The notes under the pieces were generated by a model. It was given only the letters and a program-made list of their open reading frames with translations, ran no database searches and was not told where the DNA came from. Source: an uncultured bacterium (GTDB lineage: Bacteria; Fidelibacterota; Marinisomatia; Marinisomatales; JACNKV01). From it: a DNA stretch of 58,683 bases. Of this stretch, positions 27,973 through 38,066 are shown one piece after another. The stretch covers positions 1-58,683 of the forward strand of contig CAZYDH010000009.1 of the NCBI GenBank assembly GCA_964645915.1, in the 5' to 3' direction. The translations under genes were made by a program, and so were the position numbers. Within the stretch, counting starts at the first letter, position 1. Each line of letters opens with the position of its first letter.

Positions 27973-29355
27973 TTATTTTATATATACTGTTTTAATATTT
28001 ACAAATTCATAAATACCAAACTTGCCCAATTCCCTTCCGTATCCTGATTCTTTGATTCCACCGAAGGGTAAACGAGGATCAGACCGCACAAAGTCATTCA
28101 CGAAACACGCGCCAGCCTGGAGATCATTTTTTGCAACCTTCTCCCCTTTTTCAATATCATTTGTAAATATTGCAGCACCCAATCCAAACGAAGTTTTATT
28201 CGCAAGTTGAATAGCATCTGTTTCATTTTTCGCAGGGATTATCACCGCAACCGGACCAAATAGTTCTTCATCAAATGCGGGCATTCCAGGTGTCACGTTG
28301 GTTAAAACTGTTGGTAAATAAAAAGCTCCTATATTATCTTCTTCATGCTCAAATATGAGTCTTCCGCCTAACAATTTGATGGCTCCTGCATCCATGCTTT
28401 TTAGAACTTGTTTGTCCAATTCATCACGAGCATCTTCACTAACCATCGGTCCAATATCAACTCCCTTTTCAAGCGGATTTCCGATACGTTTCTTTCCCAT
28501 CTTTTGCAGAACCAACACTTCAAAATCTTCTTTTACTTCTTCAACGACAATAAAGCGTTTAGCGGCAATACAGCTTTGCCCGGTGTTCAACATTCTTCCT
28601 TCTACACAGGCTTCCGCAGCTTCCTCTAGATCGGCATCTTCTAGAATGATGTATGGATCGCTTCCTCCCAATTCTAAAACCGTCTTTTTCAAGTGCTCTC
28701 CGGCTTTTGCAGCGACTTGCTTACCCGCAGGAGTACTTCCTGTTAATGTGACCGCTTTTACTAGTGGATTCTCAATAACATCTGATACTTTTTCCGATCC
28801 TATTCGCAATGTACGAAATAGATTTTGAGGTAATCCTGCTTCTTTAAAAATCTCATCGATCATCATTGCACAACCTTGAACATTGGATGCATGTTTCAAC
28901 ACAGATCCATTCCCTGCCATCAAATTGGGTGCGACAAATCTAAATACCTGCCAAAAAGGAAAATTCCATGGCATCACGGCTAATACAATTCCGATGGGTT
29001 CAAAACTGATATAACTTTTTGAAGCATCCGTTTTAACAGTTCTTGGAGACAAAAAGGATTCCGCTTGATCAGCATAATATTGACATACCCAAGCAGATTT
29101 CTCTACTTCTGTACGTGCTTGGGAAAGAGGTTTTCCCATTTCAAGCGACATCATCCGCCCATACTCTTCTTTATTTGCTTTGAGTACTTTGGCGACCTCA
29201 ATCAATTTCTTGGAGCGATGTTGAAATGATTCATTCCTCCATTCATGCCAATCGATATTTACTTTTTCAAGAACATCATTAACTTCTGATGTGGTCATTT
29301 CTTCATAAGTTTTGATTACTTCACCGGTAGCCGGATTTGTTGAAATCAAAGGCAT
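27973..29355 (-). CDS. NAD(P)-dependent succinate-semialdehyde dehydrogenase-like ALDH
   Basis: MPWNFPFWQV, LKHAS, LTGS, LELGGSDP, GQSCIA, EELFGP, PFGGIKESGYGRE. Confidence 0.88.
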   Translation of the reverse strand: MPLISTNPATGEVIKTYEEMTTSEVNDVLEKVNIDWHEWRNESFQHRSKKLIEVAKVLKANKEEYGRMMSLEMGKPLSQARTEVEKSAWVCQYYADQAESFLSPRTVKTDASKSYISFEPIGIVLAVMPWNFPFWQVFRFVAPNLMAGNGSVLKHASNVQGCAMMIDEIFKEAGLPQNLFRTLRIGSEKVSDVIENPLVKAVTLTGSTPAGKQVAAKAGEHLKKTVLELGGSDPYIILEDADLEEAAEACVEGRMLNTGQSCIAAKRFIVVEEVKEDFEVLVLQKMGKKRIGNPLEKGVDIGPMVSEDARDELDKQVLKSMDAGAIKLLGGRLIFEHEEDNIGAFYLPTVLTNVTPGMPAFDEELFGPVAVIIPAKNETDAIQLANKTSFGLGAAIFTNDIEKGEKVAKNDLQAGACFVNDFVRSDPRLPFGGIKESGYGRELGKFGIYEFVNIKTVYIK

Positions 29356-29363
29356 ATGTTATC

Positions 29364-30089
29364 CTATTTTGCTTTTAATCGATCAATAATGATAAAAGGT
29401 GTGTAAACAATAAGAAAATGGATTAAAGCTAAAACCTCCGCTGATAAAATATACCATGGCCATGGACCCATATAATCCAAAAGTGATGCAACCGGAGGTT
29501 TACCGCAAATCCAAAAGTAGTTAGCATTCAGAATCAGATTCACCGGAATCGTAACAAGGAAAAACACATTTAATGCAATGAATGAACGTTTGAGACTTCC
29601 CCAAGTCGGTCTCATATCATACACAACCGTTGCGTAAACCAATGCAAGGATCAATCCCATATGGCAAATCCAAAACCGAATAAAGAAGAAATGAGGAAAT
29701 GTCGCCCCCGCATCCGGTGAAATAGCCGCTTGAATTCCGCCTGATAATCCCCAGAAAAATAGAATTTCATATAATCGATAATTTCGTTTCCACATCACGA
29801 TGGGAATCATCACATCTGCAAACCGGCACAAATGAAACGGCAAATGAAGTTTAACATCAAATGAACCGGCAACCATTTCCAAAGAGATCCAAAGTAAATA
29901 GGCTCCCATTACGATCAAGCTGATGGTAATACCCAAAATGGATTGCTGATTTTTATTCAAATAACGTTTAGCAAGGATCGGAACAAGGATAATCAATGCA
30001 ATTGATACAACTAACGCCCATAGATGGTGAGCGCTGAAAGCTTGAAAGGGTTCATAATTTGTAAAATATTCTCGAATAGATTCGCGCAT
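29364..30089 (-). CDS. TIGR02206/YwaF-family membrane protein
   Basis: LPFHLC, NANYFW..KP..SLLD.MGPWPWY. Confidence 0.85.
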   Translation of the reverse strand: MRESIREYFTNYEPFQAFSAHHLWALVVSIALIILVPILAKRYLNKNQQSILGITISLIVMGAYLLWISLEMVAGSFDVKLHLPFHLCRFADVMIPIVMWKRNYRLYEILFFWGLSGGIQAAISPDAGATFPHFFFIRFWICHMGLILALVYATVVYDMRPTWGSLKRSFIALNVFFLVTIPVNLILNANYFWICGKPPVASLLDYMGPWPWYILSAEVLALIHFLIVYTPFIIIDRLKAK

Positions 30090-30301
30090 TATTTATCCTC
30101 TTTCAATAGTTTCTGTAAATAATTTGCCCCTCCCCACAAAGAGACGATCGACATCATCCAATATATATTATAACTCTCCCCCGCTGATTTTAGATTCCAG
30201 CCATAAATAAACATTCCTATGCTTAAACCAATGCAAACAATTGCAAGGATGACAGGGATACTCCAATGTGCTTTGAAAAGATTCGTTGATTGTTTATTCA
30301 T
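30089..30301 (-). CDS. Small two-TM hypothetical protein
   Basis: Stop overlaps the next start; two hydrophobic helices. Confidence 0.6.
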   Translation of the reverse strand: MNKQSTNLFKAHWSIPVILAIVCIGLSIGMFIYGWNLKSAGESYNIYWMMSIVSLWGGANYLQKLLKEDK

Positions 30302-30312
30302 GTACTATAATC

Positions 30313-30585
30313 TTATCCAAATGAGTAATATTTTTTTACCGGAGAAATCACTTTCCAAAAACAGGATAATCCTTCCGGAAAGATAACATAATCTCCGGGC
30401 TCAATATGATAGGTTTTATCCTCGACAATAACATCAATGACACCTTCAATAATATAGCAAGATTCCTTTTCAGCATACGTCCATGGAAACTCAGATTTCT
30501 CACAAGTCCAAATCGACCATTGATGGATACCAAGGTCGTCTAATTCTTTTTCAGTTTTTTTGGTGATCTGGATATTTAATGACAT
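30313..30585 (-). CDS. Cupin (DUF861/Cupin_3-like) protein
   Basis: WSIWTCE.SEFPWTY..KESCYIIEG...GDYVIFPEG..C.W; start moved to ATG 30585. Confidence 0.85.
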   Translation of the reverse strand: MSLNIQITKKTEKELDDLGIHQWSIWTCEKSEFPWTYAEKESCYIIEGVIDVIVEDKTYHIEPGDYVIFPEGLSCFWKVISPVKKYYSFG

Positions 30586-30652
30586 AAACGTATCCAAATG
30601 TAATGCAAGTTCAACTGAATTAGCAACGAAGGAAATAGTGAATTGGGTTACG

Positions 30653-30732
30653 AAAAACGATCGGAGCCGGAAGAAAGGTATAAACAAAATGAGGAATTAA
30701 TTAACCAAGGAGGTTCTCCCGACTCCGATTAA
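30653..30732 (-). ncRNA. Candidate structured small RNA or leader (16-bp stem, CU-rich loop, U-tail)
   Basis: Arms 30660-30675 and 30714-30729 pair fully on the minus strand with two G-U pairs; loop contains ACCUCCUU and UUCCUC; followed by CGUUUUU. Confidence 0.55.
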
Positions 30733-30758
30733 ATTTAGTCATTATGAAAAAACATTCC

Positions 30759-30774
30759 TGTGATTCATGTCACA
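30759..30774. promoter_or_regulatory. CRP/FNR- or Rex-type operator
   Basis: TGTGA-TTCATG-TCACA, an exact TGTGA-N6-TCACA, in a divergent intergenic region. Confidence 0.6.
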
Positions 30775-30922
30775 ATTCAATAATAAACCTCTATTTTTGG
30801 AGAAAATTTATCCTAAACCTGATCAATAGAGTTCATTTGGTTATTTTCAGTCGTTGATTCAAGAATTTTGAATCTGTAAATTCGCACCCATTTAAAGATG
30901 TAAAAACATTAAGGATATAATT

Positions 30923-32767
30923 ATGGCAATGATGACAACCATGAGAAATAAAATGCACGCTGTCCTTTGGGCGATCTTGATTTTATTTCTTTTGAGTATG
31001 ACCGTTGGTGGACTGGTCGGTGGTGCAAACATTATCGATCAATTATTAGGAAAAGTAGATCCGTCTACTACGATAGGTAAAGTGAATGGTGAAATAATCT
31101 CACCGGATCTCTTCTCTCGACAAGTCAGGCGACAAGTAGAAGAAATGCGAAATAACGGACAGAATATTGATGACACACAATTTGATCGAATACGTACACA
31201 AGTTTGGGAAAATTTTGTGCAGGATATTCTTATTCAACAAGAAATTGAAGAATTAGGACTGACCGTTACCGATGAAGAAGTTGTATATCATCTACAAAAT
31301 AATCCTCCAACAATTCTACAATCTAACCCTTCATTTCAAACTGATGGTGTATTTGATCCTGTTAAATATGAACAGGCAATTGCGAACCCACAAGATATGG
31401 AACAATACTGGATTATGGTTGAAAATTATATGCGTGACTATATTCCTCGATATAAATTACAGCAGATGATCCTCTCTTCTGTTTCTGTATCTGACCAAGA
31501 AGTATTTGAGGATTATGTTAAGAAGAATATCGATTATACGTTAAATATTTTGCATATCACTAAAAAAGCATTTGATGAAGAATCTCTTGAAAGCACCGAA
31601 GAAGAACTTGCCACATATTACAACGATAACTTGGATATGTTTGAGCATCCTGAATATCGAAATCTCCGATATGCCAGCTGGAAAAAAATGCCTTCTTTCC
31701 AAGACACAATCGATGTTTATGAATTGGCAAACGAAATAAAAATTATGGCTGATGCCGGAAAAGATTTTGCAAAATTAGCAAATGAATACACTGAAGATCC
31801 AAGTAATGCAGTCACTCCCGATTCCGGTAATGGTGGAAATCTTGGATGGTTTGGCAAAGGACAAATGGTTCCAGTCTTTGAAGAAGCAGCTTTCGCTGCA
31901 AATAAAGGTGATATTGTTGGTCCGGTTCTATCTCGATTTGGTTATCATGTCATAAAAGTTAACGGTAAGAAAAAAACCGAAGATACCGAACAGGTCAATG
32001 CAGCTCACATTCTTTTCAAAATCGAAACCAGTGAGAATACAAAGGATTTAATGCGCCGTAAAGCCACCTCATTTAGTTATGATGCCCAGGACTTTGGTTT
32101 TGATACGGTAATCGATTCGCATGATGTCTCTATCTCTGAAGCATTAAATGTTGATGAAGAGGAGATTCTTATCTCAACACTGGGACCAATGAGAAGTGCA
32201 GCCAAATTCGCCTTCCGTTCTGAAGTTGGTCAAGTTTCCGATTCATTTGAAAATGAAAATTTCATTGCTGTCTTTACACTCGACACGGTAATTGCTGCCG
32301 GTCATAAACCACTTGATGAAGTTACAGATCAGATCAAGAGAACCCTCTCAAGAGAAAAATCACTGGAAGCTGCCGAGACTCTTGCAAATGAATATCTAAC
32401 AGATATTACTGAGAATAGCACGACCTTTAAAGACCTCCTTGGTGAAAATGATAAGGTTGATCATATAGAGAATGAAAGTAAAACCCTCTCCAGAGGATTT
32501 ACCTCTATTGGAAGAAGTAATTATGTAACAGGTGCTTTATTATCTGCAAACAAAGGTGATTTGATCGGTCCGATCGAAACATCAAGCGGATATGCCTTAT
32601 TAAAAGTACTTGAGATCGAAAATATGGATTCAACAGATTTTGAAGTTCAAAAAGATGTTCTGAAGAAAAATCTGTTAAATCAAAAACAATCCTCAGCATA
32701 TGCAAATTGGTTAGATGGTAAAAAAGCTGAAGCTGAGATAGTAGATAATCGTAAGTATTATTATTAA
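30923..32767 (+). CDS. PpiD/SurA-like periplasmic chaperone with parvulin PPIase domain
   Basis: N-terminal anchor; DFAKLANEYTEDP...GGNLGWF.KGQMVPVFEEAAF...SRFGYHVIKV. Confidence 0.9.
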   Translation: MAMMTTMRNKMHAVLWAILILFLLSMTVGGLVGGANIIDQLLGKVDPSTTIGKVNGEIISPDLFSRQVRRQVEEMRNNGQNIDDTQFDRIRTQVWENFVQDILIQQEIEELGLTVTDEEVVYHLQNNPPTILQSNPSFQTDGVFDPVKYEQAIANPQDMEQYWIMVENYMRDYIPRYKLQQMILSSVSVSDQEVFEDYVKKNIDYTLNILHITKKAFDEESLESTEEELATYYNDNLDMFEHPEYRNLRYASWKKMPSFQDTIDVYELANEIKIMADAGKDFAKLANEYTEDPSNAVTPDSGNGGNLGWFGKGQMVPVFEEAAFAANKGDIVGPVLSRFGYHVIKVNGKKKTEDTEQVNAAHILFKIETSENTKDLMRRKATSFSYDAQDFGFDTVIDSHDVSISEALNVDEEEILISTLGPMRSAAKFAFRSEVGQVSDSFENENFIAVFTLDTVIAAGHKPLDEVTDQIKRTLSREKSLEAAETLANEYLTDITENSTTFKDLLGENDKVDHIENESKTLSRGFTSIGRSNYVTGALLSANKGDLIGPIETSSGYALLKVLEIENMDSTDFEVQKDVLKKNLLNQKQSSAYANWLDGKKAEAEIVDNRKYYY

Positions 32768-32783
32768 GTTGAATAATTTCATT

Positions 32784-32814
32784 AAAAAAGGCACAATATT
32801 GTGCCTTTTTTTTT
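32784..32814 (+). terminator. Rho-independent terminator
   Basis: AAAAAAGGCACAATATTGTGCCTTTTTTTTT palindrome with U-tract just after the stop codon. Confidence 0.85.
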
Positions 32815-32937
32815 ACCTTATTTTTCTTATTACTTAATCTCACTAGGCTTGTTTATATCCTGTATTCTCAGGTAAATTTGTTGGCTTTTTTAACATGAAA
32901 AATCAATAATTCAATTCAAAATATTTAAGGATTATTT

Positions 32938-34572
32938 ATGCCAAACAATATTGTAGCCGTACCAGTAGCGGAAAACGAACCCATCAAATCTTATGCCCCG
33001 GGATCAGCTGAGAAGAATTCATTAAAAGCAAAACTAAATGAACTTAAATCTCAACAAATTGAAATCCCACTTATTATTGGTGGAAAAGAAGTAAAAACTG
33101 GTAATACTTCAACATGTGTTATCCCTCACGATCATAAGCACGTATTAGCCACATACCACCTCGCAGGTGAAGCGGAAGTTCAAGCAGCTATCGATGCTTC
33201 ACAAGAAGCATGGAAAGCCTGGTCTGAAACTCCTTGGGAACATCGAGTAGCTATTTTCAAAAAAATGGCTGTTTTACTTACCGGTCCTTATCGTGATCTA
33301 CTAAACGCATCAACAATGTTAAATGTAGGAAAAAACGTATTCCAAGCTGAAATTGACTCTGCTTGCGAATTAATCGATTTTTTCAATTTTAATGCTGAAT
33401 ATGCTCAAGAAATTTATGAACAACAACCTCCTTATTCCCCAAATGGAATGTGGAACCAAGTTGAACATCGTCCTCTAGAAGGATTTGTCTTTGCAGTTAC
33501 TCCATTTAATTTTGTCAGTATTGCAGGAAACCTTCCCTCCTCACCTGCTTTAATGGGGAATGTAGTTTTATGGAAACCGGCAAGCAGTGCTGTGTATCCG
33601 GCGTATTTCTTAATGAAACTTTTTAAAGAAGCTGGATTACCCGACGGAGTGATCAATTTTATTCCCGGTCCTGGGTCTAAAGTAGGTCCTACAGTGATGA
33701 AAAACTCTCTTTTAGCAGGAGTTCACTTTACCGGATCGACACCTGTTTTCCAAAATATGTGGAAAACCGTCGGTGACAATATTCATCTATACAAATCTTA
33801 TCCCAGAATCGTTGGTGAAACGGGCGGAAAGGATTTCTGTATTGCTCATAAATCAGCAGATACCGACGGTTTAGCAACTGCAATGGTACGTGGAGCTTTT
33901 GAATTTCAAGGACAGAAATGTTCAGCACTTTCTCGAGCCTACGTTCCTGACACACTTTGGGAAGATGTAAAAGCAAAATATCTGGATGCCGTTTCAACGA
34001 TCACTGTTGGAAATCCTGAAGATTTCACTCACTTTATGAATGCGGTCATTGATAAACCAGCTTTCGATTCGATAACGAGTTACATCGACTATGCAAAATC
34101 AAGCGATGAAGCTGAGATCATCACCGGTGGAAATTACGACGACAGCCAAGGGTATTTTATAGAACCCACAACGATCGTAACGACAAATCCACACTTTAAA
34201 ACAATGGAAGAGGAAATTTTTGGTCCGGTATTAACTATTTATGTTTATGATGCCGAAAACTGGAAAGATACTCTGAAACTAGTGGATACAACCTCTCCTT
34301 ACGCGTTGACCGGTGCAGTATTTGCAAATGATCGATATGCAGTGATTGAAGCCTCAAAAGCTCTTACGCATTCTGCAGGAAATTTTTACATTAATGACAA
34401 ACCCACCGGTGCTGTAGTTGGGCAGCAACCTTTTGGTGGTGGACGTGCATCAGGCACAAACGATAAAGCTGGTTCAGTATTCAATCTTATTCGATGGATA
34501 TCCCAACGAACCATAAAAGAAACCTTTGATCCACCAAAGGATTACCGTTATCCATTTATGGATGAAAAATAA
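32938..34572 (+). CDS. pruA: L-glutamate gamma-semialdehyde (P5C) dehydrogenase
   Basis: QAEIDSACELIDF, HFTGS, YPRIVGETGGKDF, GQKCSA, GAVVGQQPFGG. Confidence 0.93.
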   Translation: MPNNIVAVPVAENEPIKSYAPGSAEKNSLKAKLNELKSQQIEIPLIIGGKEVKTGNTSTCVIPHDHKHVLATYHLAGEAEVQAAIDASQEAWKAWSETPWEHRVAIFKKMAVLLTGPYRDLLNASTMLNVGKNVFQAEIDSACELIDFFNFNAEYAQEIYEQQPPYSPNGMWNQVEHRPLEGFVFAVTPFNFVSIAGNLPSSPALMGNVVLWKPASSAVYPAYFLMKLFKEAGLPDGVINFIPGPGSKVGPTVMKNSLLAGVHFTGSTPVFQNMWKTVGDNIHLYKSYPRIVGETGGKDFCIAHKSADTDGLATAMVRGAFEFQGQKCSALSRAYVPDTLWEDVKAKYLDAVSTITVGNPEDFTHFMNAVIDKPAFDSITSYIDYAKSSDEAEIITGGNYDDSQGYFIEPTTIVTTNPHFKTMEEEIFGPVLTIYVYDAENWKDTLKLVDTTSPYALTGAVFANDRYAVIEASKALTHSAGNFYINDKPTGAVVGQQPFGGGRASGTNDKAGSVFNLIRWISQRTIKETFDPPKDYRYPFMDEK

Positions 34573-34604
34573 TTACTTAAACACTTAATACTAAAGGAAA
34601 TCAA

Positions 34605-35921
34605 ATGAATCGTATAAAAACAATCATTATGGGTGCTGCAGGACGTGATTTTCATAATTTTAACGTCGTGTATCGTGATAATGAACAATATGAAATCGTG
34701 GCATTTACTGCAACTCAAATACCTGATATTGAAGGAAGAGTATATCCTGCGGAATTAGCCGGAAAGCTTTATCCAAACGGAATTAATATTTATGATGAAT
34801 CAGATCTTGCACTCTTGATCGAAAGACATGATGTTGAAGAAGTTGTTTTTGCTTATTCTGACATTGCTCATGAAGATATAATGCATAAAGCTTCTATGGT
34901 AATGGCTACCGGAGCTCATTTTAAAATATTGGGTGCCGAACCGACAATGATCAAATCAAATAAACCTGTCATTGCCATCGGTGCTGTTAGAACCGGATGT
35001 GGAAAAAGCCAAACAACTCGTCGGGTTGCAGAAATACTGAAAGATGCCGGTAAAAAAGTTGCCGCTATCCGTCACCCCATGCCTTATGGTGATTTAGCAA
35101 AACAAAAAGTTCAACGGTTTGCTACTTTAAATGATCTAGTAAAACATGAATGTACCATTGAAGAAATGGAAGAGTACGAACCACATATCAATACCGGAAC
35201 TATTGTCTATGCCGGTGTCGATTATGGTGCAATTCTAGAAGAAGCTGAAAAAGAAGCTGATGTCATCCTCTGGGACGGCGGAAATAACGATATGCCATTT
35301 TACAAACCAGACTTAAATATTGTGGTTGCAGATCCTCATAGACCGGGACATGAACTTGAGTATTATCCCGGAGAAACAAACTTACGCATGGCAGATGTTG
35401 TTATCATCAATAAGATTGATACAGCTGACACAGAAGATATTGATGAAGTACGTTGGAATATTCGTGATATCAATCCGGATGCAGTTATTGTTGATGCAGC
35501 TTCTCCGATTGCAGTTGAAGATCCATCACTTATTTTGGGTAAAACAGCTTTGGTTGTTGAAGATGGTCCGACATTAACTCACGGTGAAATGTCCTATGGT
35601 GCCGGAATGGTTGCTGCAGAAAAATTTGGAGCTGAAGATGTTGTTGATCCTCGTCCATACACTGTTGGTAAATTAACCGAAACATTCGAGCACTATCCTG
35701 AGATCGGTGAATTACTTCCGGCAATGGGTTACGGCGATGAACAGGTTAAAGATCTGGAGACAACAATTGCCAATACTGAATGTGATGTTGTCATTATCGG
35801 TACTCCAATTGACTTACGAAGAATAATCAATATTCAACAACCTTCGGTAAGGGTAACTTATGATCTTCAGGAGATCGGAAAACCAACGTTAATTGACGTT
35901 TTAGAATCCTTTACAAATTAA
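34605..35921 (+). CDS. Cyclic 2,3-diphosphoglycerate synthetase-like P-loop protein, probable arginine synthetase
   Basis: IMGAAGRDFHNFN, RTGCGKS Walker A, RHPMPYG, TIEEMEEYEPH, WDGGNND, EDGPTLTHG, PAMGY. Confidence 0.75.
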   Translation: MNRIKTIIMGAAGRDFHNFNVVYRDNEQYEIVAFTATQIPDIEGRVYPAELAGKLYPNGINIYDESDLALLIERHDVEEVVFAYSDIAHEDIMHKASMVMATGAHFKILGAEPTMIKSNKPVIAIGAVRTGCGKSQTTRRVAEILKDAGKKVAAIRHPMPYGDLAKQKVQRFATLNDLVKHECTIEEMEEYEPHINTGTIVYAGVDYGAILEEAEKEADVILWDGGNNDMPFYKPDLNIVVADPHRPGHELEYYPGETNLRMADVVIINKIDTADTEDIDEVRWNIRDINPDAVIVDAASPIAVEDPSLILGKTALVVEDGPTLTHGEMSYGAGMVAAEKFGAEDVVDPRPYTVGKLTETFEHYPEIGELLPAMGYGDEQVKDLETTIANTECDVVIIGTPIDLRRIINIQQPSVRVTYDLQEIGKPTLIDVLESFTN

Positions 35922-35930
35922 ATGAATCTC

Positions 35931-35970
35931 AACCAGCGTAGAATATTCAAATATTTTACGCTGGTTTTTT
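35931..35970 (+). terminator. Rho-independent terminator
   Basis: AACCAGCGTA...TACGCTGGTT stem with inner AATATT arms, followed by a T-tract. Confidence 0.75.
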
Positions 35971-35991
35971 ATTTTAACTAGGGAGAGCGGT

Positions 35992-37176
35992 TTGAAAATA
36001 CACGAGTTTCAAGGAAAAGAATTATTAAAAAAATATGGTGTTCCGATCCAAGATGGACATACTCTTGAAAAGATCGAAGATGCCAGAACAATAATTCATC
36101 GAGTTCAGAGTGAATTTGATACGGATGCAGTCGTTGTAAAAGCACAAATTCACGCTGGTGGTCGCGGAAAAGGTGGTGGAGTAAAATATTCCCCCAATTA
36201 CAAAATCGCGATTGAAAACGTAAACAAAATTCTTGGAATGAATCTTGTCACCCCGCAAACAGGTTCTGAAGGTAAACTTGTACAAAAAGTTTACATAACC
36301 GAAGCCTTGGATATCGCAAAAGAATTCTATGTAGCTATTCTATTAGATCGTTCAGAATGTAAAGATGTTTTCATGGTTTCTACTGAAGGTGGAATGGATA
36401 TCGAAAAAGTAGCTGAAGAAACTCCGGAAAAGATTACTAAAGTATGGATAGATCCATTGCTAGGTATGAAATCTTTTCAAGCACGAAAACTCGCCTTTGC
36501 TTTAAACTTAAAAGGGAACGCCTTTAAAACTGCGGTAAAGGTCTTTCTTAAAATGTATGATTGCTACCGCGGAACGGATGCTTCATTAGTCGAGATTAAT
36601 CCGTTAGTAGAAACCGAAGACGGAGAGATCATTGCTTTGGATGCAAAATTTAATTTTGATGATAATGCTCTTTTCCGTCAAAAAGATATTGCTATTTTAA
36701 GAGATTTAAGTGAAGAAGATCCCACCGAGGTTGAAGCAGGTAAATACAACTTAAATTATATCAAACTCGATGGGAATGTTGGTTGCATGGTAAACGGAGC
36801 GGGCTTGGCGATGGCGACAATGGATATCATCAAGCTTGCCGGTGGTGAACCTGCAAACTTTTTGGATGTAGGAGGAACTGCAAGTGCAGAAACGGTTAAA
36901 AATGGATTCAAGATCATTCTTTCAGATAAAAATGTCAAAGCCATCCTGATCAATATTTTTGGTGGAATCGTTCGTTGTGATCGGGTAGCAAATGGTGTAA
37001 TTCAAGCCGTTAGAGACCTAGGACTGAAAGTTCCCGTTGTTGTTAGATTAGATGGAACAAATGCATCTGAAGCAAAACAAATCCTGTCAGAATCCGGGTT
37101 ATCGATCATCCCGGCGGATTCGATGCAAGAAGCTGCAGATAAAGTTGTGAATGCTGCTATCGGGAAGGAGTTATAG
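35992..37176 (+). CDS. sucC: Succinyl-CoA ligase beta subunit
   Basis: HEFQGK, KAQIHAGGRGKGGGV, NGAGLAMATMD, NIFGGIVRCD. Confidence 0.97.
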   Translation: MKIHEFQGKELLKKYGVPIQDGHTLEKIEDARTIIHRVQSEFDTDAVVVKAQIHAGGRGKGGGVKYSPNYKIAIENVNKILGMNLVTPQTGSEGKLVQKVYITEALDIAKEFYVAILLDRSECKDVFMVSTEGGMDIEKVAEETPEKITKVWIDPLLGMKSFQARKLAFALNLKGNAFKTAVKVFLKMYDCYRGTDASLVEINPLVETEDGEIIALDAKFNFDDNALFRQKDIAILRDLSEEDPTEVEAGKYNLNYIKLDGNVGCMVNGAGLAMATMDIIKLAGGEPANFLDVGGTASAETVKNGFKIILSDKNVKAILINIFGGIVRCDRVANGVIQAVRDLGLKVPVVVRLDGTNASEAKQILSESGLSIIPADSMQEAADKVVNAAIGKEL

Positions 37177-38055
37177 ATGTCAATATTAGTCAATAAAGAT
37201 TCAAAGGTTATTGTTCAAGGAATAACCGGCTCCGAAGGAACATTTCATGCTACACAAATGCTAGATTATGGTACCAATGTTGTTGCAGGAGTTACTCCGG
37301 GAAAAGGCGGACAGACAGCCATAGAAGGTAAAGTCCCGGTTTTTAATTCTGTAGAAGAAGCAAAAATCGCCACAGATGCAAACGTCTCGATTATCTTTGT
37401 ACCTCCTTCATTTGCATCTGAAGCCGTTATTGAAGCATCTGAAGCAGGAATTGAAACGGTTGTGTGTATCACTGAAGGAATTCCCGTACAAGATATGGTC
37501 ACAGTAAAAAACGTTGTTGACTTAAATAAAACAAGGCTAATCGGTCCAAACTGTCCTGGAGTGATTACCGTGGATGAATGTAAACTTGGAATTATGCCAG
37601 GTTTTATAACAAAAAAAGGGTCGATCGGAGTTGTCTCTAAGTCCGGGACATTGACCTACGAAGCCATTGGACAATTAGTAGACGTTGGTTTAGGGCAGAC
37701 AACAGCAATTGGAATTGGTGGAGATCCTATTATCGGAACAACCATGCGCGAATTACTGGAAATGTTTGAGAACGATCCAGAAACGGAAGGTGTGGTCATC
37801 ATTGGTGAAATTGGTGGACAGATGGAAATAGAAGCTGCCTATTGGGCAAAAGATAATATGACAAAACCTGTTGTAGGTTTTATCGCCGGACAAACCGCTC
37901 CTCCCGGAAGAAGAATGGGACATGCCGGAGCTATTGTTTCCGGTGGAGATGATACCGCTGAAGCAAAAATGCGTATTCTAAAAGAATGTGGTATTGATGT
38001 TTGTGAATCGGTGGCTGAAATTGGTAATAAAATGCTGAACGCATTAAATAAATAA
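37177..38055 (+). CDS. sucD: Succinyl-CoA ligase alpha subunit
   Basis: [34 protein letters not shown]. Confidence 0.97.
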   Translation: MSILVNKDSKVIVQGITGSEGTFHATQMLDYGTNVVAGVTPGKGGQTAIEGKVPVFNSVEEAKIATDANVSIIFVPPSFASEAVIEASEAGIETVVCITEGIPVQDMVTVKNVVDLNKTRLIGPNCPGVITVDECKLGIMPGFITKKGSIGVVSKSGTLTYEAIGQLVDVGLGQTTAIGIGGDPIIGTTMRELLEMFENDPETEGVVIIGEIGGQMEIEAAYWAKDNMTKPVVGFIAGQTAPPGRRMGHAGAIVSGGDDTAEAKMRILKECGIDVCESVAEIGNKMLNALNK

Positions 38056-38066
38056 TTGAGGAAATT

